In this document: positions 36,597 to 46,560 of the stretch, in pieces
Layout: each line of letters starts with the position of its first letter
How positions within the stretch are numbered: the stretch's first letter is position 1
Assembly (NCBI GenBank): GCA_020891255.1
Contig: BQFW01000004.1
Span: 2,356,001 to 2,420,000 of the forward strand
Length of the DNA: 64,000 nt
Source: Entomortierella parvispora E1425
Lineage: Eukaryota; Fungi; Mortierellomycota
Reading direction: 5' to 3'
Program-made: the position numbers and the translations under genes
The notes under the pieces: model-generated
What the model was told of the DNA's origin: nothing
Database searches by the model: none
Seen by the model: only the letters and a program-made list of their open reading frames with translations

Positions 36597-38003
36597 ATGA
36601 CCGAAAGCAACACCTCTTCCAGACGCACCGTCATCATCACCATAGCCGCGCTGCTCAGTCTCACGACCGTGACCTCCTTGACCTATCTCTACTTCAAAGA
36701 CACCTCCCGTCCTTCTCAGTCCAATCGTCAATTCCGTGCGTTGCAGAAACACCTCATCTCTCAACTGGCCCGGATCGAAGACGACCTCGACCGTCTTGCA
36801 GAGGGAGATCTCCGCCTGACCCAAGTCCGCATCAAGACCTTGCGCACATACCCGTGCTTCCCTGGAGATCATCATGTCCAATTGCCATCTTTGGGCCTGA
36901 TTCAAGAAGAGGACAAGTCCAAGCTAGCAGCAGAGATTCAAGAGAGTCAAGAAGAGTTGATCCGTGAACGGGATCAAGGATATGAAGATCCGATTAAGGT
37001 CCGGACGGCCTACCATCACCTGGACCTGCTGATGAAATCGATCCGAAAGAGACTTTTAAAGTTGAATGCCAGGATCGAGGTCCTGGATCTGAGCGAGTTG
37101 GCCGAGCTTGGGGATGTTGCCTCTCTAGCAAAGGAATCCGAGCTCCAAGTGTTTGAAAAGATTCGACGACGCAAACGGGCCACGGCGGTCAGGGTTCAAA
37201 AAGCGCTGGCGTTGCTGGATCATCTGGGACAGGGATTGAAGGAACGCACGCTCCTCATCAAAGAATACGAGAGACTGGAGAAGAATGGGCTCGAGCCTAC
37301 GGATGAAGTCGAACCGACTGCCGATTACGAGATGATGAAGGCTGGCGTATCGTTCGCAGAGGTGGCGGCCTTGAATGTGCCAGAACCAGAGGTCCTGGCC
37401 CCCACCGAGGATCTGGAAAAGATGAAGGCGGGCATCAGCTTTGCGGATATGGCCAAGAAGAACAATGATATTGAGGAGGGTCCTACTGAGGTCATTGAGG
37501 AGGATCCTGCCGAGGTCATTGAGGAGGATCCTGCCGAGGTCATTGAGGAGGATCCTGCCGAGGTCATTGAGGAGGATCCTGCCGAGGTCATTGAGGAGGA
37601 TCCTGCCGAGGTCATTGAGGAGGATCCTGCCGAGGTCATTGAGGAGGATCCTGCCGAGGTCATTGAGGAGGATCCTGCCGAGGTCATTGAGGAGGTGGAG
37701 CCAGTCGATGAAAGGGAAGAGTTGACCTTGACTTTTGTAGCCGAGACGAGTCCAAGTCGATCATCGTCTTCATCATCATTCATGAAAATGATGAACCGCA
37801 AGGAAGAAGTGAAGGAGCAGAAAGAGTACAAGGAAGAAGAGGTGCTGGCACCCACAGAGGACCTCGAGTTGATGAAGGAGGGTGTAACTTTTGCAGAGAT
37901 GGCCTCTCTCAACATTCCAGAGAAGGAAGTGTTGGCACCAACCGAAGATCTCGAGAAGATGAAGCAGGGCTTTACTTTTGCAAACGCCGTTGCTGAAGAA
38001 TAG
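36597..38003 (+). CDS. N-terminally membrane-anchored helical (BAG-like) protein with acidic repeat tail, 468 aa, intronless
   Basis: The ATG at 36597 is followed by a hydrophobic anchor (VIITIAALLSLTTVTSLTYLYF). The helical region includes RLLKLNARIEVLD...KIRRRKRATAVRVQKALALLD, which is BAG-like by eye. The tail has four EVLAPTEDLEKMKxGxxFAxxA-type repeats and 8 perfect EVIEEDPA repeats. The 36249-36596 part of the track ORF looks like UTR. Confidence 0.8.
   Translation: MTESNTSSRRTVIITIAALLSLTTVTSLTYLYFKDTSRPSQSNRQFRALQKHLISQLARIEDDLDRLAEGDLRLTQVRIKTLRTYPCFPGDHHVQLPSLGLIQEEDKSKLAAEIQESQEELIRERDQGYEDPIKVRTAYHHLDLLMKSIRKRLLKLNARIEVLDLSELAELGDVASLAKESELQVFEKIRRRKRATAVRVQKALALLDHLGQGLKERTLLIKEYERLEKNGLEPTDEVEPTADYEMMKAGVSFAEVAALNVPEPEVLAPTEDLEKMKAGISFADMAKKNNDIEEGPTEVIEEDPAEVIEEDPAEVIEEDPAEVIEEDPAEVIEEDPAEVIEEDPAEVIEEDPAEVIEEDPAEVIEEVEPVDEREELTLTFVAETSPSRSSSSSSFMKMMNRKEEVKEQKEYKEEEVLAPTEDLELMKEGVTFAEMASLNIPEKEVLAPTEDLEKMKQGFTFANAVAEE
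37488..37694 (+). repeat. Coding minisatellite: 8 perfect copies plus 15 nt of the 24-bp unit GAGGTCATTGAGGAGGATCCTGCC (EVIEEDPA)
   Basis: Counted directly; there are no substitutions among the 8 full units. Confidence 0.97.
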
Positions 38004-38217
38004 GGAACCCCCTCTTCTCCGTCCTTGCCTCCATTTTGTCCCTTCTTGCATTTCCTCAGATAATCTTGACTTCCCAAAAATACTTTTCTAGAGAATAAAT
38101 ATATTGCTTTTCTGTTTTCACCAACCGAACAAAGTGGTGTCGTGCGCTTTATTAAAAAGTCTGGTAGAGCAAGAACGCAACATTGAAAGGAAAAAAAAAA
38201 AGACTTTGCGGACTGTT

Positions 38218-39966
38218 CTAGCGACCATACCGTGCTGGCATGTAGACATTTGACCTCCGTGGGCGATCTCCAAGCTGTTCTCTCCTCACAGGTGAAGAAG
38301 TCCTTGATTTCGTCTTTTCTTTCTTTGGTTGATCGCCACCGCTACTTGCATTTTCGCCTTCTTCCTGCCAGAATCGATCCACCTCCTTGCCGTAAAACAC
38401 GAATAGCTCCTCGCCTGCCTTGATATCTCTGTTCGTTGTGCAGATCACCTGGTTGACAACAGCTCCAGTGATAAAGGTAATATTTCCGTTTGGATCCTCG
38501 TTCATGAAATGGAATGGACAATAAAGTCGACCATTTGGGTCGCTATAGGGCATACCCTTCTCGTCTGTAGCATCCAGTACTGTGCGTCGATACATGATGG
38601 AGTAATGAGACGCAACACCGACACCATCCTTGATCGAATCAAACTCGTTTTCCGTCATGGGCACACCAAAATAAAAGCCCAGTGGTGTACTCGCTGGTAG
38701 ATCAATTTTGGCGAAAAGTCCATTGCCAGAGTTGGGGATCGTGGAGACATCCACGCGTACAATGTCTGACAAGCTAGTTGGTACAGACGACAGATCCAAG
38801 TCTTCTAAGCGATATTCATCCACTTTGGCTGAGTCTCCTGAAGTTGCATTCACTGTAGTAGAGCTTGTAGACGGTGTATGCACTTCAGTCGACTTTCCAT
38901 CGACGGACGGGGTGTGAGCCTCGGGTGTAGAAGGTTGCAAAGTGGGTGTACTGGCTTGGGAAGCCTCCAGGTCCAACTGTTCTAGCTTCTCCGTTACTTT
39001 AGAGTCCTGATCCTGCTTCTGATCTGGCAAACTGGCGCTGGAAGCCCTGCCTTCCTTGCAATCGAGTGGATGATCCTGTTCAGCCCTGACTTTCTTACTA
39101 TTCCGATCAGAGACCTCAGATTCGATAGGATCCGGGCTACGCTTTTTGGATTCTGACGATAACGTTGTTGCGTCAATCCTCGTATCATTGTTGGGTAGAT
39201 GATCCGCTGTCGATGATGTAGTCTGTCGCTCCTCCAGAGGCAACTCTTCCTTCAGCTTTGCTTGGCTGGGCCCGCTACTGGCCTCCTCTGAATCCTTTCC
39301 AGCCTCCTCTAGAGACTTTTGGGCCTGCTCTTCTCTTTCCAGTATATGAATTGGTACTGCGCCTTCCTTCGGAACTCCAAAACAAAGTGGCCAGTCCAAC
39401 TTGATCAGCTTTTCCATCCAGCTGTCATATTCTTTTACGGCAGTATCGAAGTCTCCAGGTTGATATGCGAGGCGAAAATGAGTACTCTTGCTTCCTTCTG
39501 GCTTGAAAGGAATAAAGTATTTGTCTCCGTTGTTGGTCAGGCAAGCAGACGCAGAATTGAAGGGTGTCTATCCGCGTAAATCACAAGAGTTTTGAGTTGA
39601 GTTTCTGCCGGATCAGAAAGAAAAGGAATAACACGCTTTGCATAGCAGACTTTGAGTTTACGAAAAGGGGTTTACCTTTCCAGTGAAGACTCTTGGCCAT
39701 CCTCTCTCAGCACTAAACTTTTTGTCGAGCTCCACTGCAGCGGAAATGATTTCTTGACGAGCACCGGTGCGATTGGGTAATGACCGCAAGGCCAAGAACA
39801 TCATGTAAGGCTGCGTGTGCCATCGTGGTTTTACTTTGGACCGCTGGGGTGCAATCTGACGTGTGTATGGGTTTGCTGATGCCGTTGATGGCGCTGCTAC
39901 TTCTTTATGGGCGGATGCATCGGTTGAAGCTACCGATGTTGACGAGGATGGATTGGGTTCGGTCAT
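38218..39966 (-). CDS. Winged-helix (Gds1/HARE-HTH-like) + SET-domain protein, about 546 aa. Exons 39966..39676, 39567..38218
   Basis: N-terminal RWHTQPYMMFLALRSLPNRTGARQEIISAAVELDKK...RVFTGK/TPFNSASACLTNNGDKYF (phase-0 splice). C-terminal SET motifs: SGNGLFAKIDLPASTPLGFYFG, FHFMNEDPN, CTTNRDIKAGEELFVFYG. Confidence 0.87.
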
Positions 39967-41365
39967 GAGTGCGCTTGTAGTACGGTAGAAGGAGAGAAAG
40001 ATGGAGTGGAAAAAGAAAAAAAGGAAAATGGTGGCGCCCAAAGCTTCTCAAAAAAATACGGTGACATCACGCGCCTTTTTTTTTCTTTCATTACGAGCTG
40101 ACCCCACAGCTTTTAAAACCCACAACGGCTTCGTTCTCACTGCATCCGCTTAGGGCTCACTTTGAACCTGACGACAGTAGGTGTAGTGGAGCACGGAGGT
40201 GAAGCAGTAAGCAAAAGAACCAAAGTCCCTCAACAGCACGCTTGAGAGACCCAGGACAACCAAACCTGATCGACCTCTGGCACTTGCATCCATCCCTACA
40301 GCGGCAAAAATTACAACAATGTCAGCGCCTACAGTCCGAGCTCTCCCACACTAGCCAACATCGTAATTTCATTTTCGTAGTTCGGCGCTGGATCGACGGA
40401 AAAAAAAAAGGAATCCAACAAATTGGTATCAGAGTTGGACGGTTGCCTAAGTCGATGATAGTGTAGTCGTGGACCTACTGGAATCCTCATTCTGGCGGGA
40501 GGTCTCTATTCCCGGCCCTCTGACAGGTAGACATCCATTCGACATAGAAACCCCTTGTTCTTGCAGTATATCGAACAAGAGGTACGCGCAGAAAAGCGCC
40601 GTCTCCCCTCCTTATCTGGTGGCCTCTACCAAAGCTCTTTCGAACGGTGGACAGAACGATGAGGTCAAGGTGTAGTATGGGAGACAACGAGATTGATTAA
40701 ACAATTTGTGGTATCATCAAGAGAGATGTGATCTATTGAGAAGAGGAGTGAAGATTTGTTAGATAGAATGACAAATTGGTGATTCGAAAAGTGACAAGCA
40801 TTTGAAAGGTCGAGAACTTCCCCGCTTCTTATATTAGTAGGTATAATAAACAGGATTTGGCAGACAATTGATGCAGGCGTGGCAGCAGGGAATGAAAAAC
40901 ATAGGCGTGCCAACAGATTTACTTTTTTGTCTTGATATTGACGATTACGATCAGGTGCAAAACTCCAACGAAGAGAGTGAAAGTGTCTGCAAAGAAAAAA
41001 ATCAGCATGGGCAGGATACGAAGCATTGAAGCAGCGGTAACCATAATCCTGAAGACCAAACGCCCTGGCGATGTTTAGAAGGAGGTGATGTAATAGAGGC
41101 GGAGACGAGCATGTGTGTGAGGGGAGCGACGCGATGAAGCAACGCGCTCGATGAATGAGCCATGACCCGCGCTGGAAGCCAGCGCGAAGAAACGTCACCG
41201 AATTTTTTTTAGCGAAGTGTACTACCGCAGCGACATTGCCTTCTGTCCCAACCACTCTCTCTGTGTCTCCATCATCGCTCGATCCGTCGCTGCCATTGCC
41301 ATATCCCTGCACTCTCTTTCTACTCCTCTCAATCAACACAGGAAACACAGAAACACATTTTCTAT

Positions 41366-42949
41366 ATGGGATCTGATCTAGACCGCCAGATCGAGACCCT
41401 GCTTGAATGCAAAATCATTACAGAAGCAGAGGTCAAGGAACTGTGTCTAAAGGCGAGAGAGATCCTAGTCGAAGAGAGCAATGTGCAGCGCGTCGATGCC
41501 CCTGTCACTGTATGTGTTGTTGTTGCTTGCATTTCATTCCTGATCATTAGCTAGGCGTACACACGCATTGTCGAGTGCTGCCGAACAATGATCACATTCG
41601 TTCATTATTTTTGCTGCGACCTGTCAGTGGGGCACGTTGGGGAACCACTGCGCATGGTTCTGGTTTACACCACTATCCTGCGAGCCAGAATTGAATGACT
41701 TACCATGAACCATCCCTTTTGATCTTGGGTTCCTTCTACATGACAGGTCTGCGGTGACATTCACGGTCAATTTCACGACTTGAAAAAACTGTTTGAAGTT
41801 GGTGGCGAATGCCCAAAAACGAACTATCTCTTTATGGGTATGTCTGCAGGTTGAAAGTGATCGGTTAGTTATCATAATCTACAGACGACATGCTAACACG
41901 GTACTTCTCTTTCGGTACTCTAGGTGACTTCGTCGACAGAGGACACCATAGTGTAGAGACCTTCCTACTCCTCCTTGCGCTGAAGGTAACAGGCTACTCA
42001 TGAACTTGATTGTATATATCGGGGCTTTGATCTAATTGTTGACACCTTTTCGATTCAACTCATAGGTCAGATACCCAGATCGAATCACCCTTATCCGTGG
42101 CAACCACGAATCTCGACAAATCACCAAGGTTTATGGATTTTACGACGAGTGCTTTCAAAAGTTTGGATCGGCCAACGTCTGGAGATATTGCTGTGAAATC
42201 TTCGATTACTTGAGCTTGTCCGCCATCATTGACGACCGAATTTTCTGTGTGCACGGAGGACTTTCACCTTCTATCAACACTATTGATCAGGTATTGATAT
42301 GGAGTTACTAGGCACATGATGATGTGAGATGTCCATGCTTCGGGACGCTAATGTTTCGTGGACTTCAATAGATTCGAACGATCGACAGGATGCAGGAGGT
42401 GCCACATAACGGAGCCATGTGCGATTTGCTTTGGTCTGATCCTGACCCGGATGCATGCACAGGATGGGGACTCAGTCCTCGTGGCGCCGGATTTCTCTTT
42501 GGTGAGAGTGTAGCGAAGCCCGTAAGTCAAGGACCGTGACGACCGTCTTGCTATTCTTACAAACCCGATGCTGACCCTTGTCTTTTTTTTCAGTTTTTAC
42601 ATAATAACGGACTGGAACTCATCGCTCGAGCACATCAGTTGGTCATGGAGGGCTATAAACTGATGTTTGATGATACTGTCGTGACGGTATGGTCTGCGCC
42701 TAACTACTGCTACAGGTAATACCTATTTTCATTCTTGCGTGCAGTCGCTCATTGCTTTATGTACTATGTTTCTAACCTTGTTGATTTTTTGATCATTATT
42801 ATCACTGTAGATGCGGTAATGTTGCAGCGATTCTCGAGATTGATTCAAATTTGACCAAAAACTACACAATCTTCACGGACTCGGACCGTAACTCGACCAA
42901 TTCGCGAATGAACCCTCAACGTGAAGGACCCCCAGACTACTTTCTTTAG
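41366..42949 (+). CDS. PP4-type (Pph3/PPP4C-like) Ser/Thr protein phosphatase catalytic subunit, 310 aa. Exons 41366..41509, 41747..41837, 41924..41985, 42066..42290, 42372..42521, 42594..42715, 42811..42949
   Basis: All PPP motifs are present after splicing: [47 protein letters not shown], and C-terminal PDYFL. The N-terminus SDLDRQIE...[20 protein letters not shown] is PP4-like. Confidence 0.94.
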
Positions 42950-44434
42950 GCTATCAACACACCTCAATCCATTTACTCTAGACGCCGTTTGCCCTATCCT
43001 CTCGTCTCTTCTGAAGCGCATACCTAAATAATGTAAAATGTACTATATTTACTAGCAAAACCAGCATCGCTGCATTTAGTCAAAACATACGTTCTACGGA
43101 AAGGCAAAAGATACGCGAAGTGTCCAGCTCCAAGGGCAAGGATCGAAAAGGTCTGCTTTCAGACCGACAATGTTCGGAGATGAACTTGTTATCTTGATTT
43201 CCTGCTGAGAGTTGAGACTGTCGAACACAAGGTTTTGGAAAGGACCCAGAGGTGAGAGGGCGAAGGTTGACTCTGTTTCTTACAACCCCCAAACCCTGGT
43301 CCCTCACGCCGCCAATAAAAAAAATGACGGCTGAAAAAAAGGTCAAGAAGAAAGGACGCGGACAATGGATCTGCCGGGCCTTGGGATCTTGAACGAAACA
43401 AACAAAAAAACCTCTCTGCGTGACCGCCGCGATCATCGGACGGACACCGACGCATATCCTTTTACGGGCAATTGCTTCTTTGCTTGCTTGAAACCCTCGC
43501 ACTGCGCTGTGCTCACCTTCGGGCAGGTTCTCCGAAGTCAACTTTACATTTACCCCCCTCGTCATCCGTCTCCGTTCGCTCATTCCCCGCGTGTAGCGAC
43601 CTTGTGGAGACGAGAGTCAAAGTTGAGTGTGGGAAGGAGGGGAGGGTGGGAGCCAGCAGGGCGAGGGTTCAGGGGCGGGGTATTAGGAACCCACATGCCA
43701 TGCGGGTGAGAGCAAAAAAAACCCCCATCTTGAGACTGGGTCTGGGTTCTGGGGTCTTGGTTCCTGGCGTTTTTTTTTTCTTTGCACTTTACAGAGACTT
43801 TCAGGTGCTGAAGGTCCAAGAAAAGTTGGCTTGGACAAGGCTGCGCTTGCTTTCGACTGCTCATGGCGAATGGACGATCTCCTGCCAGTAGATAAAAAGT
43901 ACGAGGAACGAGGGATTGTCATAATCATGTGGGAGTGGGAGTTGACCAGGGAGGGGGGTCGGCTCTTGTTTTTTTTTTCTCTTTACGAGCGCGAAGTACA
44001 GCGTGAAGTGAACTTCGAGGAATGAAGGACTGAAGAAGGCACCAGAAAAGTGGGTTTCCTTTCTTCTACAACAGCAGGTAAGCAGGCAGCCGAGACGGAG
44101 CTTTTCTTATTCGAGCGGCTCTCGTTTGAATTCTCTTCGGCCTGTCGTTCTCTTTTTTTTTTGGTTGTTTCCCTTATCAGCAGAAGCATCTTCACTCATC
44201 CGAGGGGTTCTGGCAGGCGGTGTTCGATCGCGCGTGGCAAAAAGGAAGCCGGACGCGGTCGCTTAAATATTCTCCTGTGGTGGTTGTTTCTCCTCTTTTT
44301 TGCATCTTTTCTTCTCTTTTCCTTTTCCTGTTTACTCCTTTTCTAAACACAGTCTCATCTCTTGCTTCCACCCCTTCGTTTCTATCCCTTTCTCACTTTT
44401 TCTCTACCCACGCTCACATAACCCGTCTTTCAAA

Positions 44435-45820
44435 ATGGTCAAAGGTATACACCATCATCGCCGTTATTCTGCTACCTTCTCTCTTTATATGTCAAGAGAA
44501 TCCAGTCCTAACGAAAACATTCTCCTGGAATGTATAGTTGTTGTTTGCGGTGCTGCTGGCGGCATCGGTCAGCCCCTGTCCTTGCTCTTGAAGCAATCCA
44601 GCCTCATTTCACACTTGGCCTTGTACGATATTGTCAACGCGGCCGGAGTCGCCTCTGATCTCTCTCATATCAACACTGCCTCAAAAGTAACAGGACATGT
44701 TGGCAAGGACTCGCTGGCTGAGGCCCTGACTGGAGCTCATACTGTCGTGATCCCTGCCGGTGTCCCTCGCAAGCCTGGTATGACCCGTGATGATCTCTTC
44801 AAGGTAAGAAGAAACGAAACAACAAAACAAAAGATGAAAACATGAAGATAAGATGAAGATGAAAATGTTTTTTTTTGGAAGGAGGGGAAACGATATTCAC
44901 GTTTCCGATCTTTTTGCAACACCCCTCCTTTGTTCAGGTCAATGCCAGCATTGTTCGCGACCTTGCTCAGGCGTGCGCTCAATACTGCCCTACGGCCTTT
45001 ATCCTCGTCATCTCCAACCCCGTCAACTCGACCGTCCCCATTGTCTGCGAGGTGCTCAAGAAGGCCAAGGTCTTTGATCCCAGAAGGTTAGTTTTATGTG
45101 GTCATGCCCAACACCTCTTTGGACCAGTCATTGTCATGAATGAACATTTGATTTTATTTTACTCACACAATTTTCGCTCTCGGTTGAACTTTTGACCCTT
45201 TCTTGGTTTTTTTTTTTTTTTTTTTGTCTACTTTACACAGAGTCTTTGGCGTCACGACGTTGGATGTAGTGCGTTCATCCACGTTTGTGCACCAGATCAA
45301 GCCCCAATTCGAGCCTCATTCGAACAGGATCACGGTGGTCGGCGGACACAGTGGCGCGACCATTGTGCCAGTGCTCTCTCAAGTCAAGCAGGTTCGCTTC
45401 TCGGATGAGGAGATCAAGACCTTGACACATAGAATCCAATACGGAGGAGATGAGGTAGTCAAGGCCAAGGATGGCGCTGGATCTGCGACCTTGTCAATGG
45501 CCTATGCAGGAGCACGGTTCACAAACTCGTTGTTGGAGGCATCGGTTGGAGGCAAGCGTGGACTGGTCGAGTCGACCTATGTCCACCTGATCGGAAACCC
45601 AGGCGCAGAGTGGAATGTGCAGGCTACGGGCGGTCTCCAGTACTTTGCCCAGGATGTTGAATTGGGGCCCCAGGGCGTGGCCCAGGTGAAGGCATTGCCA
45701 GATCTTTCAGTGGAGGAGAAGAAGCTCGTCGAGATTGCAATTGGAGAGCTCAAGGGCAACATTGCAAAGGGCGTGAGCTTTATCACCGAGGGTGGAGCGA
45801 CGCCCGCGGCCAAGTTGTAA
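44435..45820 (+). CDS. MDH: NAD-dependent malate dehydrogenase, 334 aa, ending in PTS1-like AKL. Exons 44435..44444, 44538..44803, 44938..45086, 45241..45820
   Basis: [22 protein letters not shown] Rossmann motif; [17 protein letters not shown]; [10 protein letters not shown]; GVTTLDVVR; VVGGHSG; [11 protein letters not shown]. There is no mitochondrial presequence. Confidence 0.96.
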
Positions 45821-46560
45821 AGAAAATGACGATCCATCTCCAAACATACCCCCCAGATAGGACCAGATCAGCGAAAAAGCAGAAAAATGTACATTACAAC
45901 AACACCCCCACTCCTCACTCTATCCCTGCAGCGGGTGATGTAGTAAGCAATAGTCCAGAACGGGTGCGCAGGCGGTCATTGGGATGGCATGGCATGGCAT
46001 GGCCTATGGCCTGCTAGTACCGCATACAGGTGCTCATGCTGACAGTGTCACGAGAGGAACAAAGGGAGGCAGGAAGGACATGCTGGTGGGTGTGACATTG
46101 AGGGGATGCCCCAGATAGGGGATGGATGGATGGGATGACAAGCACCATCCGAGGGAGAGGGTCAAGACGGTCGACTTTGGTGCCAGAATGAGATGACCCG
46201 GGGAGGGTCAAAGGGTCGTGGGCTGGAGGAGAGAGAAGCGAAGGGAAGGGAAGACTAGCAAAAGGGAGCAAAAGAGAGCGTGTGTCTGCGACAGTGACAG
46301 AGGATAGAAGAAAAGGACCGCATTACATGCATGCAGGTTCTTCCTTCTTTTCTTCTTCCGCATTTGCTCATTCCCGGATGCATTCTCCCATGTGCCTCGA
46401 CGACTGACCGCACTTCGTCCCTCCTCGCTTCCCCTCTCTTCATTCCTTCATTTCTTCATTCCTTCTCTCCCTCGTCCTCTGCACTGCAGACATCTCCTGT
46501 CCCTCACCTTGGTCCCATTCTGCACCAGAAAGACCTCTCGTTATTGCCCACCTCTTGCCA

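Noticed and set aside
15220-38003. HSF factor, Ubl-BAG and TM-BAG-like genes as a heat-shock cluster
   Set aside because: They are separated by unrelated genes, and I found no canonical nGAAnnTTCnnGAAn element upstream of either BAG-type gene.
37325-38077. 250-aa antisense ORF with SSMTSAG repeats
   Set aside because: It is the mirror image of the EVIEEDPA minisatellite on the coding strand.
40430-40720. Minus-strand frame interrupted by one stop (PFERALVEATR*GGETALFCAYLLFDILQEQG) suggesting a pseudogene
   Set aside because: There is no recognisable domain, start codon or splice model; it lies in a divergent promoter region.
41510-41746. Longer first intron of the phosphatase gene with short complementary segments (possible snoRNA host)
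   Set aside because: There is no convincing C/D box pair or H/ACA architecture, and the stems are only 6-7 bp.
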